A stretch of DNA of 53,864 nt, counting the filler, from Dimargaris cristalligena (taxonomy: Eukaryota), in assembly GCA_003614675.1 (NCBI GenBank). It is 2 parts of 2 records of this genome, joined end to end, with 100 filler letters (N's around TTAATTAATTAA, not from the genome) between each part and the next. Parts side by side here need not be neighbours in the genome. Positions count along the whole stretch, not along the records: positions 26,996 to 53,864 come from ML002533.1; 1 more part is not named here. The stretch is one strand, 5' to 3'. Shown in pieces: positions 48,531 through 53,864 of this stretch. The notes under the pieces were generated by a model. The model made no database searches, was not told where the DNA came from, and saw only the letters and a program-made list of their open reading frames with translations. A program made the translations under genes and the position numbers. Position 1 is the first letter of the stretch. Every line of letters begins with the position of its first letter.

Positions 48531-51500
48531 GTGATGGCGTGTGGTGGAGAGAATGAGTGAGAAATTTTGGCTCCTCTTCCACTATGTAAAAATTCCCTTG
48601 TGGTAGTTGCACGATGGTATTGGCTATTCAACCAGTAAATGGCCAAGAAAACGACTGAAAATAGGGAGTGTGTTTGCGGGAATTGGGTGAGGGAAATCCG
48701 TACACACCGCCGTATACATTGGGGCCCTCTTGCTATAATACCTTGCCTACCCCCCCCTTGCTCCTTCTTTTCTGTCCCACCCATCCTTCACTCCCCCTCC
48801 TTCATTTGGGTTTGGGTTGTACAAGGGGTCTGAGAGCATCTTGGGTAAATTCGGGAAGTAGAGAATAACCGCCCCGATATTGTGGATATTAAGGATATGC
48901 CCCCCTCGGGCCATTGCCACCTACAGTGGGATCCGTGGACAGTAAGAAGCATACCATACTCATATCGAAGTCCATACTTTTTTATACCTGGATTACATTG
49001 TACATCCATGTCAGCGTCAATCAGGTCGTCATCTACGGACAATCAGGCCATTTACTTTCGTCTGTATATAATATATATATATATATATATATTTAATTCG
49101 AGAATCGGCGACTGAGCGACGCGGCTAATACATGGGTGCAGCAGGCCAGATGGCTTCTCCCAAATAATCGGACGGCCAGTGTGGGGATGGAAATCACCAC
49201 CATGTAGTAGGCCACGACTGTGGGTCACGCGAGTGAGCCCGCTTCGGGCCGAAATGCACTACTCCTTCTCCTCACCACCCCTCCCCTGGCCCCACCCAAC
49301 TACGACTCAACACCCCGGGTTCGGCGGAAACCTAATCCGTGCACGAATCGTGTACATGAGGGGCGAGGTGGTCTCGTTCAGGGGGGAGAGGGTGGAAAAG
49401 CGGCTGGGTCTCTGGACCCATACTTGTTTTATGGGTGTGGTGGTCACATTCCACCCTTTTCTATACACTCGGGGAATAAAACGGTGTAGTTGACCCATGC
49501 GCCATCAACCAAGTAAGGTCTCAAGGATTCCTTAGGTCTTTCCAGATGTGTCCATTGGGGGGAATCTCGGGTTCTATACTGAATGGTAAATGAGTGAGTA
49601 TCATTTCTATTTATTATTTATTAATGGGTTTGCTTAGCAATCTGGGAAAATAAATCGTCAATGACCATACTTACTGTACCAGGGGAAGAAGGATAGTAGT
49701 ATAAGTAGGGTTGAAGCCAATCATCACTACAACCGGATTACCCTAAGCACTATTGGTCTGTTCCCTCTTCTTCTTTCTCTCTTTTACTCTCATCCCGGTT
49801 TAAAGGGCCAGACTAATGTTGATGGTGGCAGCTCACCGTGGGGGTTTTTCTTGGCCGGGGTTTTTTGTGATAGCAAATGCACCATTTTGGTATTTGCGTA
49901 TACATGGGTGTATGAGTATGTCTAATGTGTGTCTATATGTGTGTGTGTGTGAGGGGAGGGGGTGTACCAATAAGTCCAAATAATACCCACGTACACCACC
50001 GACATGGGCATTCACAAAAGAAAAAACCGGCTCTACATTCCCACTCATGTAGGATACCTGAATTCCAAGCAAACGTCAGTCATTCCGACCCCCCAATATA
50101 TATATATCTATATGATATTAACGGCTTCTTATCAGCCGACTTCCATTGATCGCATTTAGTAAGTCCCAAGGGCGCTGTGCGTGTTGCACGGTTCACCTTT
50201 TATGACGTTGAATCCGGCAGTATATCTCTACCCCTCCCCTCCTCCCCACCACCACTTACCCCTGGTTTAGTAATTCACAATTACTTCCCGGACCCTGGGC
50301 TAGATTTGTCAAATTTCCCAAATTGAGTCGGCAGCTAGGTCCCCTTCCCCTAGCTCAGTCTTCCCACCCACTTTCTTTAAAAAGTGCCCCTATTTCTTAA
50401 TGGGATTCTGCAGTATACAATTATCATCGACACCAGTGTTTACATTTATTCTGCGCGCGGAACACCGCCGGGAGGAACCGGCGTCTCATCATCATCACCC
50501 CCCCCTTACTATGCCTGTAGTGGGTTGAATGGGTCAATAGTCCGGCACCTACTAAAATCCCGCAACTTTCTTCAAAAATTGTGAAATAGGCGAATGTCAG
50601 ATTGACTACGGGCCAGTCAAATGTGCGACGGATACGCTGGGGCTTAAGAAGTTGGCTATTAAAGGCAAATAATCCCCAATTTGGGCACCTGTCCATAATA
50701 CACCAGACTGACCGGCGGGCACCAATTAGTGATTATAACGGGAACCGCTCTCATCGAGATTTACCCTTTGATACACACCGAGCACATGCGTGCAAAACCC
50801 TTTCCTTTCCTCTTCTCCCCAAACTTCATTTCCCACCATCCAAAAAGTATTGGCGATTCTTAAACGGGCGTAGCTACCTGGATTGGGCCTTTCCCCACCG
50901 CTAGTATCCCATATAGGGGGGAATCGCCCAAAATAAGAATTCGACAGAAGGATGAGTAGGCGCGCTATTACAGTGTAGTTGTCTATGTGGGTGTGTAAGT
51001 ATGTTGGGTGGGGAGATGGGATGGGTGGGAGATGGCGTAATATACTCCCACCAGGCCTGGTCGAGTGATTCACCCCCCTCCCGTAATCCAGGGCATTTCG
51101 GGGGGGGGGGGGGGCTGAGTGGTATAGAGCCAAGTAAAATATACTTGGCTATTCTTCCATAAGCCATTTTTCAATAGACTGAGCCGGGTAACAATATATA
51201 TATATAGTTACAAACTAATGGTATAGCTATCACGGGATCTATGGAACCCCATTTAGTAAATGGGGAGCGAGTCAGCGGGTTGGTTAATAGTGATGAGAAG
51301 CCCCCTCTCCAAAAAAAAACAAGTCGTAGCATCCATTTCCCTATTGATTCAGCGGCAATTCGGTACGATCGTCCTGATTTTGGGTGGTTTGTTAACCGGG
51401 GGACTGCTGCGGAGGAGGGAGCAGAGAAGTGCGTACCTTATTAATAATGATTGAATCCATTGAATCGTACGCAGAGGTACAGAGGAAGGGTGGTGATGAA

Positions 51501-53864
51501 ATTCAATGATTTTGGTATAACTATAACTCGTAGTGCGGGGATGCAAGCGAAATATCACTGTATCATTTCGTTGCCGCGTGAGTCCTGTGGCATGACCAGA
51601 GCTGTATCGGGTGTGATATATATATATATATCAATATCTTTATATATCCTTTTTAGGGCAACACGACCACCATCATAACTCCGTTACCTAAACGAGCATT
51701 CGGCAGATTAATTTTTTCTGGGGCATTTCTTTGGGCCTACTTGGGCGGTTTTAGGAGCTCTACGAGTCACGCGGATTACTCCGCCCAAGACCATATCTCT
51801 CCCAATCAGTCAGCAGTGGTGGCGTAACCAGGGCCCACTATCCCAACCCCGACGATATGGCATGGTGCCTCAGTATAGAGCGTGTCCAACCACCGAGTCA
51901 CGCCTGGTTTTGTAATCCTGGCTATTGGGGCCACTGGCGAAGTGGGGCGGGGCGGTGCAGGTTAACTACATTTTGGTCTTGCCTAGCCCTGCCTGCTTAA
52001 TTTGTTTGCTGATGATAAAATACCCAATGAGCATATGATTATCGCCCAATATTTTATTATTATCTTTTTGTTCAATGAGGCGGGACTCGGGCATCGGGTA
52101 AGGTTTACCGGTAAACAAGGAAAAAGGGGCGGGGGTGGAGTAAGGCGGTGGGGTCTGACCTGTTGGGTAATACATGGGTACAATACATTGGGGAGGATGG
52201 ATGGTGCCGATGGCCCAAGACAGAAATAATAATACTAATAATAATAATATTGGGAAGGGGGAGATGGAGGTGGTATTCTGATATTCGATGCGGTCGGCCA
52301 TATTACAATAGGTTTCATTACCCCTGAAAACTTATATCCACAATAGCCAATATGTATTTTTTTATTATTATTTAAATGTGCAGTTAGAATGAGTCGATTA
52401 TGCTCTCTGTTGCAACGCGGGTCGGAGTGATGCGGGTGGGGGGGTTGAATAATAGCAGTGGGGGGATGTTGACCTCAAAGGGGGGGGTATATATGTGTGT
52501 GGCAGGTTATTAATGATTGTTTTAATAGTTTATTGCATTTTGCGCCCGTGACCTTTCCTCCCCTCTATTTGGCAATGTGACTTGCCTTGTACAGTCCGTC
52601 CTACCAGACTTGCATCGGGGACTGAATAACCGGACTCGGTCTGCCCCACCACTCCCCCTGGTGTGATTATTGCCTTCTTGGATTCGACTGAGGGTCCCCC
52701 ACCTCAGACGCGAGGCAGAACAAAAAAGGGGGAACTATCCCCGTTTTTCAATAAGCACATGGGTGAGAAGGAAGGGGGGAGAGTGAGGGTTGGGTGGTTC
52801 AAATATGCATGGCCAAATGACCCGATCTGATCAATGGGCCACTTCCCCTCTTGATCATTCGGGCACTCTGCCTGACCTGCCCGGCCACAGACAGGGTGGG
52901 GGGAACACTGCACCAACTACCAGCCGCCCTCTTGAACTTGAACTCGCTTAATACCATTATTACCTTATTGGCTGGATTTTGGTCAATAATCAGAACTTTT
53001 GTTAATGTAGCGTAAAGTTTAGGAATAGTAGAAGGTCAGGTGGGCTGATCAGATTGTTTCTCGTTCTAAGGATTGCCGCCGTGACTCTTTACTTCTGACT
53101 CCCTCCTCCTCCTCCATTCACCCTTACCCTGGTTTCATTACTTGATTGACTAACCATACCCACTGAAGTCCGCGGTGCTTCAGTACCCACTGTTTCTATT
53201 TGATTTGATTTTATATACTATATTACTGGATCAGCCTAGCAGTCATTTTTTTCATAATCACCCAATCTGGGGGACCACCAGCAGTGATGGACTGATTCAA
53301 TATGGGATGAATTGTGGCCCACTTTGCCTTAGGCTGAACTGGGCCAGCATTGTATTGTTGGGTCACGCACTTCCAGTAGGGCGATTTCCCCCCAAATTAG
53401 TAATGAGACCAGCGGGTCGGTGTTGGTCCTCTAGGCTGTTCTTCACGATACACAAAATCCGAATTGGATTGGATTGGAGTATTGCATACTCACGCTGAGC
53501 GGCACCTGCGTGCTGACTGGGTGCCATGTTAAATCTATCATTCAGTGCATCTAGGTTATATATATTTATATACATCTCTCTATAATAGACTTCAAATGGA
53601 TTATTGCACCTGGTGGTTTATATTCGCCTCTGCTTAACGCGCGGGTGGGAAAGGGGAGACAGGTATTGGTAATTCGCGTCCATTTACCTTGCATCTTGTT
53701 CCTTTATTTTTATTCTTTTGTAGCAATTGCGCCCGCTGCACGGGATGAATCAGCCAAGCCAAATGGTCCCAAAGGAACAGGGTACCGTTAACTGGCCAAG
53801 AATACCTCCGTAATCCGCGGAACTCGTTTCATGGCTATTGCCTAACAATAAACAGACAGGATTA

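Noticed and set aside
43068..53864. Many 60-186 aa ORFs in the ORF track
   Set aside because: Low-complexity translations of microsatellite or purine-rich DNA, mostly with non-ATG starts and no domains.
1..53864. Prokaryote-style systems (CRISPR arrays, operons, defence islands) or a biosynthetic gene cluster
   Set aside because: No repeat-spacer arrays were seen. The genes are intron-containing, functionally unrelated eukaryotic genes on two separate contigs.

Overview
This is eukaryotic DNA, almost certainly fungal: it has GT-AG introns with CTAAC-like branch points, CT-rich leaders and fungal-type proteins. An early-diverging lineage is my inference, not established. The window is two contigs joined by an artificial 100-bp linker (N44-TTAATTAATTAA-N44, 26896-26995), so gene order across that point is not real. 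Contig 1 carries a mitochondrial-type Prx5 peroxiredoxin, a RING protein, a 5-exon PPCDC gene missed by the ORF track, a paxillin-like 4xLIM gene split by a ~3-kb intron, a multi-exon SWIM+RING gene, a secreted lysozyme/GH19-like protein and a CNNM/Mam3 transporter. Contig 2 carries an orphan gene, two decayed copies of a probable LINE reverse-transcriptase fragment, TBP, RPAP2/Rtr1 and a homeobox factor with >10 kb of gene-poor upstream DNA. I found no convincing novel multi-gene system. The best leads are the secreted lysozyme-like protein, the LINE relics next to the orphan gene, the LIM gene architecture and the long spliced leader of the homeobox gene. All calls come from manual reading; no database searches were run.
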